From positions 2,894 through 66,893 of the forward strand of contig PWGX01000003.1 of NCBI GenBank assembly GCA_003554615.1: a stretch of DNA of 64,000 bases, written 5' to 3'. A program made the position numbers and the translations under genes. Positions 16,185-26,443 of this stretch are shown here, in pieces (within the stretch, counting starts at the first letter, position 1; each line of letters begins with the position of its first letter). The DNA is from Syntrophomonadaceae bacterium. Lineage in GTDB: Bacteria; Bacillota; Dethiobacteria; DTU022. The notes beneath the pieces were generated by a model. That model worked only from the letters and a program-made list of their open reading frames with translations, was not told the origin of the DNA and did no database searches.

Positions 16185-19100
16185 AACCTGGCGAGGTGAA
16201 AAAATTGGATCATCCGACCGATCTAAACGGAGAACAGCTGATCAAAAATCTTGCCGGCGGTAATCTCGGAGATGTGATGGTAGTTGGCGGAGGTGTCAGC
16301 GGCATCCAGGCTTCCCTGGATCTGGCCGCCGTGGGCTTCAAGGTGTACCTGGTCGACAGGGCTCCCGCCATCGGGGGCCATATGGCCCAGCTGGACAAGA
16401 CCTTTCCGACCAATGACTGCTCGATGTGAATACTCTCACCGAAACTGGTCGAGGTCGACCGGCACACCAACATCAAAGTCATCCCCTATGCTGAAGTTGA
16501 CAGTGTGGAAGGCGAAACTGGCAATTTCAAGGTGAAACTGAGGAAAAAGCCCCGTTACGTCCGGGAAGACAAGTGCACGGGCTGCAATACATGCACGGAA
16601 TACTGCCCGGTCCAGTACCCTGATGAGTTCAACCAGGACATATCAAACAATAAAGCCATCCATATTTATTATTCACAGGCTATCCCGCTGATCACCTATA
16701 TTGACGAGAACTGCCTGTACTTAAAAGAAGAAAAATGCCGCATCTGCGAAGCGGTATGTCAAAATGAAGCCATAGACTTTAATCAAACCGAAGAAATAAT
16801 GGAAATTAGCGTCGGAGCGGTAATCTTAGCTCCCGGTTACGAGGAATTTGATCCTAAAATAAGAGCGGACTTCGGGGCCGGGAGATACGACAACGTGATC
16901 ACCAGCATGGATTACGAGCGCCTGACCGATTCCACCGGGCCTTACGAGGGACAGATCCTCCGCCCTTCCGATCTGAAGCCTCCCCAAAAGGTAGCCTGGA
17001 TCCAGTGCGTCGGTTCTAGACAGGTCAACCCCCCGGGAGCCAATAGCTACTGTTCCTCGGTATGCTGTACCTATACCCAAAAACAGGTTATTTTAACCAA
17101 GGAGCACGACCCGGAAACAGAATGCACCGTTTTCCACAACGATATCCGCTCCTTCGGCAAAGATTTCGAAAGGTTTTTCCAGAGGGCGGAAGAACTGCCC
17201 GATGTCAGGTTTATCCGCAGTTATGTCTCGGTAACGGGAAAAGACCCGGAAACCGAAAATGTGATTATCAAGTATACCAACCCCGAAGAAGGTGTTAAAG
17301 AAGAGGAGTTCGACCTGGTGATATTGTCCGTAGGCCTCAATCCGCCTCCGGATGTGGAAGGTCTGGCCAAAAAATTTGGGCTGGAATTGAACGATCATGG
17401 CTTCTGCAAAACCAACCCGGTCAACCCCATGGAAACATCACGCCCCGGGTTCTATGTCAGCGGCGCCTTCCAGGGCCCGCTCGAAATACCTGAAACAGTA
17501 GTTACTGCCAGCGGGGCCGGCTCCCAGTGCGGGGAACTGCTCAGTTACCGCAAGGGCGACCTGTCTGTGGAAAGGGTTTATCCGCCCGAAAAAGATGTTT
17601 CCCTGGAAGAACCGCGGATCGGGGTTTTTGTCTGCCACTGCGGGGCCAATATCGGCAGGGTGGTCAATGTGCCATCAACCGTTGATTACGCTTTAACCTT
17701 GCCCAACGTGGTTTATGCCCAGGAACAGCTTTTTTCCTGCGCCACTAATTCTGCCGAAGAAATTACAGAAATGATTAAGGAAAAAGACTTAAACCGGGTT
17801 ATAGTGGCCGCCTGTTCTCCGCGAACCCTGGAAATGCTCTTCCGGGACACCCTCAGGGAAGCGGGCCTGAACCAGTACTACTACGAAATGGCCAACATCC
17901 GGGAACACTGTTCCTGGGTCCACCCCAGGCAAAAAGATGAGGCCAATCAAAAAGCAAAAGATATAATCAGGATGGCTGTAGCAAGAACCCACCACCTGGA
18001 ACCGTTAATGGAAATCAAGCTGCCGGTCGATAAAAAAGCGCTGGTGGTAGGCGGCGGAGTTGCCGGAATGAGCTGTGCCCTTTCCATTGCCGAGCAAGGC
18101 CATCAAGTTTACCTGGTGGAAAGAGAAACTGAACTTGGTGGTACAGCCAGGCAAGTTTACGAAACCCTGGAAGGGCTAAATGTCCAGGCATTCCTAAGCG
18201 ATCTGATCAAAAAAGTTTACCGCCACCCCTTGATTCATGTTTACACCGGGGCCGAAATTACCGGGACTGCCGGTTATATCGGCAATTTTACGACCAAAAT
18301 CCAGTCTACCCGCGGAAACACCGAAGTTAAACACGGGGCCACAGTCATTGCCACGGGAGCCGATGTTTATACTCCCACCGAATACCTGTACGGCGAAGAC
18401 GACCGGGTCATGACCCACCTGGAACTGGAAGAAAAAATTGCTACTGAAGACGAAATGATTGCCGGTGCAGAAACCATAGTCATGATCCAGTGCGTGGGCT
18501 GCCGGAATGAAGATCGCAATTACTGCAGCCGGATCTGCTGTAACGAATCAGTTAAAAATGCCCTGCAATTAAAAGAAAAGAACCCCGAACGGGACGTCTA
18601 TATCCTTTTCAGGGATATGAGAACCTATGGTTACAACGAAGACTATTACCGGGAAGCCGCCGGCAAAGGGGTCGTGTTTATCCGCTATGAACCAGAACAG
18701 GAACCGCAGCTTGAACCAGCCGAAGAAGAGGGGCGGCCGGTTATAAAAGTAACCCTGCCCGATTACGTCCTGCAAAAAAACATCGAACTGGATGCAGACG
18801 TTATAGCCCTTGCCGCCGCAGTTATTCCTTCAGCCGGAACCAGGGAAGTGGAAAATTTATTCAAGGTCGGCCTTAACCCAGACGGCTTTTTTAAAGAAGC
18901 TCACGTCAAGTTGAGGCCGTTGGAATTCTCGGCTGAAGGGGTGTATTTATGCGGCATTGCCCACTATCCGAAAATGATTTCTGAAACCATCAGCCAGGCT
19001 TACGGAGCTGCAGGCCGGGTCCTGGCCCTGCTTTCCAACGATATTATTACCGCCTCCGGGGCCATCTGCGAAGTGGACAAAAACAAGTGCGTTACCTGCG

Positions 19101-19333
19101 GAGCCTGTATTGACGCCTGCGCCTACGGGGCCATTGAATTCGAGGAAACTGATGAAGCAGGCTTAAAGGCAGCCGTAAACCCGGTCCTGTGCAAGGGAGA
19201 CGGCCTATGCAACGCCGTATGCCCCACCGGGGCGATCCAGTTAAAACACTTTACCGACGAGGAACTGCTCAGTCAGATCGATGCAGTTGTCCCCGAGGAA
19301 GAGGTTGCAGAAACAAAAGAAACCGCGGTATAA
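16181..19333 (+). CDS. bamE: BamE, HdrA-like FAD/Fe-S subunit (fused, duplicated HdrA) with in-frame UGA = selenocysteine
   Basis: Listed ORFs 16181..16429 and 16505..19333 are in the same frame and are separated only by TGA 16427-16429. The reading is [26 protein letters not shown], and the HdrA consensus there is FPTxDCSMCIL. The TTG start overlaps the bamD stop (TTGA), so the exact start is uncertain. Confidence 0.85.
16427..16462 (+). promoter_or_regulatory. UGA recoding site plus SECIS-like hairpin in bamE
   Basis: A hairpin CUGGUCG[AGGU]CGACCGG lies at 16445-16462, 16 nt after the UGA. Its apical loop contains GGU, as in classical bacterial SECIS elements. Confidence 0.6.
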
Positions 19334-19388
19334 AGGACGTTAACAGGCCTGAATACGGGCAAAATACTGAACCGGGAGGTGACAGCGG

Positions 19389-20156
19389 ATGAGTGATAAA
19401 CATACATTCAAACCGAAAGTGGTCGGCTTCGTATGCCAGTGGTGAGGATATGGAGCTGCGGACTTGGCTGGAGTTTCCAGGCTACAATACACAACTGAAA
19501 TCAGGCTCATTCGGGTCATGTGCAGCGGACGGGTCGATCTGGCCCATCTGTTCAGAGCTTTTTCAAACGGAATGGACGGGGTTTTGATCGGCGGGTGCCG
19601 GCTGAAAGAATGCAACTACATTACCCACGGAAATTACCATGTCCTGAACCTGGTCCTTTTGAGCAGGAGAATTATGAAATACATCGGCCTGAACCCCGAC
19701 CGGTTAAGGATTGAGTTTATGTCATCAGGAGAGGGGAACCTTTTTGCAAAAGTTGTCGATGATTTTGTCGCCACGGTCAGGGAAGCGGGTCCGCTCGGCA
19801 TCAGCGAAGGACTTAACCCCGAAACCCTGCGCCTAAATTTAAAAGCTGTTTACAAGCTCATTCCTTATTTCAGGCTGGTGGAAAGCGAAAGGTTGAGGGG
19901 CCATTTTGAAACCCGGGAGCAGTTTGAAGCATTCTATGCCGGCGAAGAATTTGAACGGCTTTTTAAAGAGTTGATCGCCGACAAGTTGGCCATCAGCCAG
20001 ATCATAGCCTTGCTGCAGAAAAAACCGCTTTCGACCGGGGAAATATCGGAAGTGCTTGGTCTGTCGCCCTCCGACATATCCAAACACCTGAACAATTCCG
20101 CCAGGCAGGGGCTGGTCAGATATGAGGAAGAGGAAAAACGCTTTGCCCTGGCTTAA
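19389..20156 (+). CDS. bamF: BamF, MvhD-like subunit with in-frame UGA = selenocysteine and a C-terminal wHTH-like extension
   Basis: The ATG at 19389 has GGGAGGTG 7 nt upstream. The reading is MSDKHTFKPKVVGFVCQW-U-GYGAADLAGVSRLQY, in frame with listed ORF 19464..20156. MvhD-type proteins have C(N/Q)WC here. TGA is at 19443-19445. Confidence 0.85.
19443..19482 (+). promoter_or_regulatory. UGA recoding site plus candidate SECIS hairpin in bamF
   Basis: A hairpin CUGGA[GUU]UCCAG lies at 19468-19480, extendable with flanking G/C. It starts about 22 nt after the UGA. Confidence 0.45.
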
Positions 20157-20209
20157 AACAAAAAAGCAAAACCCTGCCCGGGATAAAGGAGGATACCGGT
20201 AAAACAGCC

Positions 20210-20662
20210 ATGGATATCGAAAAAGTTGATCAAATTATAGACAAACACAACAGTGAGGCCAGCTCGCTGATCCAGGTTCTGCTGGAAATCCAAAGCGAAA
20301 ACCGCTGGCTGCCCCGGCAGATCCTGGAAAGAATCAGCGAAAAACTGGAAGTGCCTTTGAGCCGAATCCAGCATATAGCCACATTTTACAAGGCTTTCAG
20401 CCTGATTCCCAAGGGGCGCCACGAAGTACACATCTGTATGGGCACCGCCTGCCATGTCCGGGGTGCGCAAAATGTCCTTACTGCGGTTGAAGACTACACC
20501 GGCATTAAGCCCGGCGAAACAGACCTTGATTTGAAATTTAGCCTGGAAACAGTAAACTGCCTCGGCTGCTGCGCTCTCGGACCGGTAATGGAAGTCGACG
20601 GGCAGATCCACGGTAAAATATCGCCGGCAGAAACTGCAGACGCCTTAAAAAAATATGAGTGA
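20210..20662 (+). CDS. bamG: BamG, NuoE-like [2Fe-2S] subunit
   Basis: 150 aa with a thioredoxin-like 2Fe-2S ferredoxin pattern (HICMGTACHVRG...CLGCCALGPV). Confidence 0.8.
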   Translation: MDIEKVDQIIDKHNSEASSLIQVLLEIQSENRWLPRQILERISEKLEVPLSRIQHIATFYKAFSLIPKGRHEVHICMGTACHVRGAQNVLTAVEDYTGIKPGETDLDLKFSLETVNCLGCCALGPVMEVDGQIHGKISPAETADALKKYE

Positions 20663-20671
20663 GGTAAGATT

Positions 20672-22600
20672 ATGCCAAAGCTGAATTCATCTGCCGAACT
20701 GGAAAAACTGAGAGATGAAATTTTATCAAACAGGGATTCCGACCAGCGGATCATAACCCTTTGTTCCGGCACAGCCTGCCATGCCACCGGCAGCCGGTCG
20801 GTTGCTGCAGCCATCGAGGAAGAGCTGGAAAAACAGGGCCTAAAAGATCAGGTCATAGTCCGCAAAACCGGCTGTCACGGTTTTTGTGAAAGGGGCCCGA
20901 TCATTGTCCTCTATCCCGAAGGCATCTGCTATCTCCAGATCGAGCCGGAGAACATCCCTGAAATAGTTTCTCAAACCATCAAGGAAAACAAGATCCTGGA
21001 ACACTTGCTTTATATTGATCCCTCCAGTGATGAAAAAATAACCAGGGAAGATGAGATCCCCTTTTATAAAAATCAGCAGAGGCTTTTATTCGGCGCCAAC
21101 CTCCAAATTGATCCCAAGAGTATCGAAGATTACCTGGCTTTAGGCGGTTATAAAGCCCTGGCCAGAGCCCTGCTGAAGATGGATCCCGGGCAGGCCCTGG
21201 AAGAAGTAAAAAAGGCCAACTTAAGGGGTCGGGGCGGAGGCGGCTTTCCGGCGGGCATTAAATGGGAAGGATCCCGCAGTGCGCCGGAGGATACAAAATA
21301 CGTCATTGTCAACGCCGATGAAGGCGACCCCGGAGCCTACATGGACCGAAGCCTGCTCGAAGGAAACCCCCACTCGGTCCTGGAAGGCCTTGCTATCGGG
21401 GCTTACACGATCGGGGCCAGGGAAGGGTTTATCTACGTCCGGCAGGAATACCCCCTGGCGGTGGACAATATCAATACGGCGATCAAGCAGGCAGAAGAAT
21501 ACGGTTTTCTCGGAGAAAACATCCTCGGCTCGGACTTTAGCTTTACGGTAAAAGTCCACCAGGGAGCGGGAGCTTTCGTCTGCGGTGAATCAACCGCTTT
21601 GATGACGGCACTTGAAGGAAGGGCCGGTGAACCGAGGCCCAAATACATCCGCTCCAATATCAAGGGCCTTTGGGATAAACCCACCGTCCTCAACAACGTC
21701 GAAACCTGGGCCAATGTCCCCCTGATAATCAACAACGGCGCCGAGTGGTTTGAAAAGTACGGGACTGAAACCAGCAAGGGAACCAAGATTTTCTCCCTGG
21801 TGGGCAAAATTAACAATACCGGGTTAGTGGAAGTCCCCATGGGCATGACTTTAAGGGACATCATCTTCAAGGTCGGCGGCGGGATCCGGGGCGGTAAAAA
21901 ATTCAAAGCAGTACAGACCGGCGGTCCTTCCGGGGGATGCCTGCCCGAACACCTGCTCGACCTGCAGGTTGGCTTTGACGAGTTAACAAAAGCCGGTTCG
22001 ATGATGGGCTCCGGCGGGATGATCGCCATGGATGAAGATACCTGCATGGTCGACGTGGCCAGGTACTTCCTTGATTTTTTAACCGATGAATCCTGTGGGA
22101 AATGCGTGCCCTGCCGGGAAGGGGTTAAACAAATGCTTAAAATCCTGACCAACATTACCGAAGGCCGGGGCCAGGAAGGCGACCTGGAACTGCTGGAAGA
22201 GCTGGGCCAGGTGGCCAAAGAAGTCTCACTTTGCGCCCTGGGGCAGACCGCACCCAACCCCTTCCTCAGCACTTTACAGTATTTCCGCGATGAATACGAA
22301 GCCCATATCAGCGGGAAAAGGTGCCCGGCCCTGTACTGCAAGGACCTGATCGCCTATTATATCGATCCGGAAGAATGCCAGGCCTGCCAGGCTTGCCTGA
22401 AAAAATGCCCCTCCGATGCCATCATCGGAGGCAAAAAAACCATTCACGTTATCGACCAGGGAAAATGCACCAAGTGCAACACCTGCTATGATGTCTGTCC
22501 TTCCCGTTTCAGCGCGGTGAAAAAGATTTCCGGGGAACCCGTTCCGCCAGCTATTCCCGAAGAAGAAAGAACCATTACCAGGGGGAGTAAAGAAAAATGA
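20672..22600 (+). CDS. bamH: BamH, NuoF-like FMN/NAD(P)-binding Fe-S subunit
   Basis: 642 aa. It carries GRGGGGFPAGIKW, the ESCGKCVPCREG N3-cluster motif, and C-terminal 2x[4Fe-4S] motifs. Confidence 0.85.
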   Translation: MPKLNSSAELEKLRDEILSNRDSDQRIITLCSGTACHATGSRSVAAAIEEELEKQGLKDQVIVRKTGCHGFCERGPIIVLYPEGICYLQIEPENIPEIVSQTIKENKILEHLLYIDPSSDEKITREDEIPFYKNQQRLLFGANLQIDPKSIEDYLALGGYKALARALLKMDPGQALEEVKKANLRGRGGGGFPAGIKWEGSRSAPEDTKYVIVNADEGDPGAYMDRSLLEGNPHSVLEGLAIGAYTIGAREGFIYVRQEYPLAVDNINTAIKQAEEYGFLGENILGSDFSFTVKVHQGAGAFVCGESTALMTALEGRAGEPRPKYIRSNIKGLWDKPTVLNNVETWANVPLIINNGAEWFEKYGTETSKGTKIFSLVGKINNTGLVEVPMGMTLRDIIFKVGGGIRGGKKFKAVQTGGPSGGCLPEHLLDLQVGFDELTKAGSMMGSGGMIAMDEDTCMVDVARYFLDFLTDESCGKCVPCREGVKQMLKILTNITEGRGQEGDLELLEELGQVAKEVSLCALGQTAPNPFLSTLQYFRDEYEAHISGKRCPALYCKDLIAYYIDPEECQACQACLKKCPSDAIIGGKKTIHVIDQGKCTKCNTCYDVCPSRFSAVKKISGEPVPPAIPEEERTITRGSKEK

Positions 22601-23208
22601 GCAAAGTCCTGTTGAAAATCGACGGCAAAGAAGTCGAAGCAGAAGAAGGAATGACTGTCCTGGAAACGGCGCAGGACGAGGGGATCGGGATCCCCACCCT
22701 GTGTCACCATAAAAAACTAGAGCCATATGGGGCATGCCGGATTTGCACGGTTGAAGCGGAAAAAAACGGCCGCTCGAAACTTGTCGTTTCCTGCGTCTAT
22801 CCTGTGGAGAAAGACCTGGAGGTAACTACCAGGTCGGAAAAGATTGACCGGGTCCGCAGGACGATCCTGGAACTGCTCCTGTCCCATGCCCCCGACTCCG
22901 ACCAGCTTCGAAAACTGGCCGAAGAATACGGGGCCAATAAAGACCGCTTCGAAAAAGAGCCTTCGTTCTGCATTCACTGCGGCCTGTGCGTGCGCTACTG
23001 CGCCGAAGTAAAGGGCAAGTTTGCAGTTGGTTTTATCAACAGGGGATCAAGGCGGGAAATAAATTTTATCCCGGAGCTGGCCGCAACCGAATGCTGGAAC
23101 TGCAAAGAATGTTTCCCGCTTTGTCCGACTTCAGCCCTCCAGGCCGCCTATATGTTCACTGAAGCCCAGATTTCTGAAACTCCTGTTTTTGAAGCCGATT
23201 CGAAGTAA
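22597..23208 (+). CDS. bamI: BamI, NuoG-N-terminal-like [2Fe-2S]/[4Fe-4S] subunit
   Basis: 203 aa. It has a 2Fe-2S ferredoxin fold (IPTLCHH...CRICTVE) followed by Cys clusters. Its start overlaps the bamH stop. Confidence 0.8.
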   Translation: MSKVLLKIDGKEVEAEEGMTVLETAQDEGIGIPTLCHHKKLEPYGACRICTVEAEKNGRSKLVVSCVYPVEKDLEVTTRSEKIDRVRRTILELLLSHAPDSDQLRKLAEEYGANKDRFEKEPSFCIHCGLCVRYCAEVKGKFAVGFINRGSRREINFIPELAATECWNCKECFPLCPTSALQAAYMFTEAQISETPVFEADSK

Positions 23209-23222
23209 AGTTATAGGTGAGG

Positions 23223-25181
23223 CTATTTTTCCTGGAAAGCAAGCTCGATCATATAGACCCCGGAAGAAAATTTCTTCTCCACAATATGACCGGTTTTTTC
23301 CAGCAGGTGCAGGATATGCTTATTGTCCGGCAATATTTCTGCTGTAAAACCGGTCAACCCCTGTTTTTGAGCAATATTGGCCAAATAAGACAAAAGCTCG
23401 GAACCAAGGCCCCGGCCCTGGTAATCATCCCTGATCACCAGCGCTACCTGGGCGGTCAGGCTTCCCTCGAGCACCACGTACTGCCCCACCCCGATTACTA
23501 CTTCAGCTCCTTCATGCTCAATTGTAGCCAGGATCACCATCTCCCGGGTGTAATCGACAACCAGGAACAGATCCTGAAGCATCTCGCGGGGCATATCTTC
23601 ACGCCGGGACAAAAAGCGGTTATACCTGGTTTCTTCCGATAAGTTGTAAAAGAAATCCTTCAGGATGGGTTCATCGCTAATTTTCACCGGGCGCATGAAA
23701 AATTCAAGGCCCGCTTTAGTCGTTCTTCGCGTTTCCAGGTCGGCGGGATACTTGCCTTTTTCCCCGGGCATATAAGCCTGATCTTTGTATATTAAAGCAG
23801 CCTCTTTAGCTTCCTCGATCAACCAGGGTTGGAAAGAAGGATGAGCAATGGATATTAAAGCCATAGCCCTCTCCCTGACATTCTTGCCGTGCAGGTAAGC
23901 GATGCCGTATTCTGTGACCACGTAGTGGATATCCCCCCGAGTCAGGGTCACCCCGGCCCCTTCTTTAAGGAAGGGGACGATCCTGGAAACAGCGCCGTCC
24001 TGGGTTGTCGAGGGCAAAGCCAGGATGCTCCTGCCCCTTTTTGCCAGCACCGCTCCGCGCATGAAATCGGCCTGTCCCCCTATTCCGCTGAAAAAATACC
24101 TGCCCAGCGATTCGGCGGTGGCCTGCCCGGTTAAATCTATTTCCAGGGCTGTATTTATGGCTACCATATTTTTATTCATGGCAATATTGATCGGGTCGTT
24201 GGTATAGTCTATAGCCCTGAATTCTATGGCCGGGTTGTCATCCAGGTAATGGTATGTGTCCCTGGTCCCAATACAAAAAGAAGCGACGGTTTTGTCCCGG
24301 TCGACAGTTTTCCTGGAATTGTTGACTACTCCCCTTTTCATCAGGTCAACGATTCCGTCACCCAGCAGCTCCGAATGAATGCCGAGATCCTTTTTGTTTC
24401 TAAGGTTGGAAAGGATTGCATTCGGCATCACCCCGTAACCGACCTGGATAGTATCTCCGTCATCAATGATCCTGGCCACGTATTCACCAATTCTATCGAC
24501 CGCTTCCGGGGGCGCTTCGGGAGCTTCGTGTTCCAAAAGCGGCTCTTCATGAGGGACTACATAATCAACATCTTTAATATGAATAAACGTGTCCCCGTGA
24601 ATCCGGGGCATTTCTGAATTTACCTGGACAATTACCAGGGAGGCATTTTCTACGGCGGTTTTTGTAATGTCAATGCTGATCCCCATGCTCATGAACCCGT
24701 GGTTATCCGGTGGAGATACCTGGACCAATGCAACATCGACTGGCACCAACCGGCGTTTAAACAGGTCCGGAATATCGGAAGCAAAAATGGGCGTGTAATC
24801 GGCAAGTCCTTTATTAACTGCTTCCCTGGCATTTTCAGCAATAAAGAAAGTGTTGTGGCGAAAATTTTTCCTGAATTTCCGGTCCGTATACGGAACAACT
24901 CCAAGGGTCCAAACATGCAGGATCTCGGCATCAAAAAAAGCCTTGGGATTTGATTCGACAAACTTGATCATGGCCTGGACCAGATACTGAGGTTCACCGC
25001 AGGCTGTACCGATAAATATCCTGTCCCCGGCATGGATGTTGCTAAATATTTCATCCTCATGCACAAACTTCTCCGGGTAGTTTTGCTTTGCTTCTTCCAG
25101 GAAGCTTATTCTTTGCCCGTCATCCTCCCTTTTTAGATCTTCCTTAGCCATCTCCCGGTTGTCCTGTTCCCTTGCATCCAT
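23223..25181 (-). CDS. acetyl-CoA hydrolase/transferase-family protein fused to a C-terminal GNAT acetyltransferase domain
   Basis: 652 aa. The N-terminal ~460 aa resemble the 4-hydroxybutyrate CoA-transferase/Ach1 family (GTACGEPQ, GIGGQADF). The C-terminal ~160 aa contain the GNAT motif (VIRDDYQGRGLGSELL). It is convergent with bamI, with stops 14 nt apart. Confidence 0.7.
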   Translation of the reverse strand: MDAREQDNREMAKEDLKREDDGQRISFLEEAKQNYPEKFVHEDEIFSNIHAGDRIFIGTACGEPQYLVQAMIKFVESNPKAFFDAEILHVWTLGVVPYTDRKFRKNFRHNTFFIAENAREAVNKGLADYTPIFASDIPDLFKRRLVPVDVALVQVSPPDNHGFMSMGISIDITKTAVENASLVIVQVNSEMPRIHGDTFIHIKDVDYVVPHEEPLLEHEAPEAPPEAVDRIGEYVARIIDDGDTIQVGYGVMPNAILSNLRNKKDLGIHSELLGDGIVDLMKRGVVNNSRKTVDRDKTVASFCIGTRDTYHYLDDNPAIEFRAIDYTNDPINIAMNKNMVAINTALEIDLTGQATAESLGRYFFSGIGGQADFMRGAVLAKRGRSILALPSTTQDGAVSRIVPFLKEGAGVTLTRGDIHYVVTEYGIAYLHGKNVRERAMALISIAHPSFQPWLIEEAKEAALIYKDQAYMPGEKGKYPADLETRRTTKAGLEFFMRPVKISDEPILKDFFYNLSEETRYNRFLSRREDMPREMLQDLFLVVDYTREMVILATIEHEGAEVVIGVGQYVVLEGSLTAQVALVIRDDYQGRGLGSELLSYLANIAQKQGLTGFTAEILPDNKHILHLLEKTGHIVEKKFSSGVYMIELAFQEK

Positions 25182-25377
25182 CCACCATCACTCCTTGCCC
25201 TGCAGTAGGCCCGTTTCAAAGCTCGTTTTATAACCTGCCAACCCGGCCTTTGCTTACTGTTATTGTAACACAACGCCCACCGGACGAACCAAAATATAAT
25301 GGCGGGACTTTCAAACCAGTTGTACATAAAGTATACTGAGTTTAAATTAATGGCCAGGTGAGGAGGAATTAACAACC

Positions 25378-25779
25378 GTGAATTACCACGAGATAGACCG
25401 CTCACAGGAACTACGTGAACGATACAAAGATGATTTATTTCCCTGGAAACTTGGGATCGAATTAGAGGATGTGCGGGCCGGATACGCCCGTGTAAGCATG
25501 GTAGTTGCACCGGATATGCATAATTTTAACAGTGTAACACACGGCGGGGCCCTTTTTACCCTGGCCGATACAGCTTTTGGCCTTGCTTCAAATACAAGGG
25601 GAACAGCCCTGGCCATGCACATAAGCATTAACTACATTAAAGGTACAGTCAGCGGTGACCGCTTGACCGCCATTGCTGAGGAAGAACACCTGACTCGCTC
25701 CACCGGTATTTACAGCATGACTGTATACAGAGGCGAAGACACGGTGGCCCTGTTAAGAGGAACCGTGTTTCGAAAATAA
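25378..25779 (+). CDS. paaI: PaaI-family hotdog-fold acyl-CoA thioesterase
   Basis: 133 aa with the motif N..G.VHGGALFTLADTAFG. GTG start with GAGGAGG upstream. Confidence 0.75.
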   Translation: MNYHEIDRSQELRERYKDDLFPWKLGIELEDVRAGYARVSMVVAPDMHNFNSVTHGGALFTLADTAFGLASNTRGTALAMHISINYIKGTVSGDRLTAIAEEEHLTRSTGIYSMTVYRGEDTVALLRGTVFRK

Positions 25780-25915
25780 AGCCGAATTATAAAACCAGAT
25801 TTCAGTTTCAAAAAGGCTATCCTGACGATGAAATCAGCCAGGGAACCGGCCAGCCGTCAAATCGTTCCAGGAGCGCTTAATGATTATCGCTCACAGAAAG
25901 GAGAGAAATGCAATC

Positions 25916-26443
25916 ATGATCATGGAACTCAGCGGAAAAAAACCACAAATAGCACCAGGAGCTTTTATCGCTCCGACCGCTGCAATTATCGGCGATGTTG
26001 TAATTGAAGAAGGGGCCAGTATCTGGTTCGGAGCCGTCTTGAGAGGGGACTTCGGGAAAATATTCGTCGGCAAGGGAACCAGCATCCAGGACAATGTGGT
26101 TATCCATACCATGGCCGAAGGAGAGACCGTTATCGGTGACAAAGTTACCATTGCTCATGGTTCGGTCCTGCATAACTGTACCGTGCGCAGCGGAGCTATT
26201 ATAGGCTTGAATGCCGTCCTCCTGGATTTCTGCGTAGTCGGCGAACAGGCAATGGTGGCTGCCGGCAGTGTAGTACCCGACAACATGGAAATCCCTCCCA
26301 GACACCTGGCCGCCGGAACTCCCGCTAAAGTAAAAAAGAAAATTGAGGGGACCTCGCTGATGTGGGTGGAATCAAGCGCCGGGTATTACCAGGAAATGGC
26401 TAATAATTACCTGGAACAGGGCATCGGCCGGGTAAACGGCTGA
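25916..26443 (+). CDS. gamma-carbonic-anhydrase/PaaY-like hexapeptide-repeat protein
   Basis: It has left-handed beta-helix repeats (IAPTAAIIGDVVIEEGASIWFGAVLRGD...IQDNVVIH). The start was chosen at the ATG after AAGGAGAG. Confidence 0.75.
   Translation: MIMELSGKKPQIAPGAFIAPTAAIIGDVVIEEGASIWFGAVLRGDFGKIFVGKGTSIQDNVVIHTMAEGETVIGDKVTIAHGSVLHNCTVRSGAIIGLNAVLLDFCVVGEQAMVAAGSVVPDNMEIPPRHLAAGTPAKVKKKIEGTSLMWVESSAGYYQEMANNYLEQGIGRVNG

Noticed and set aside
21433-22341. A 302-aa antisense ORF inside bamH. Similar long antisense ORFs occur at 54963..55643, 20153..20611, 29381..30099, 42858..43325 and 61341..61799.
   Set aside because: They lie entirely within well-supported genes on the opposite strand. 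They have low-complexity, Arg/Pro/Ser-rich translations and no SD, which is typical of shadow ORFs.
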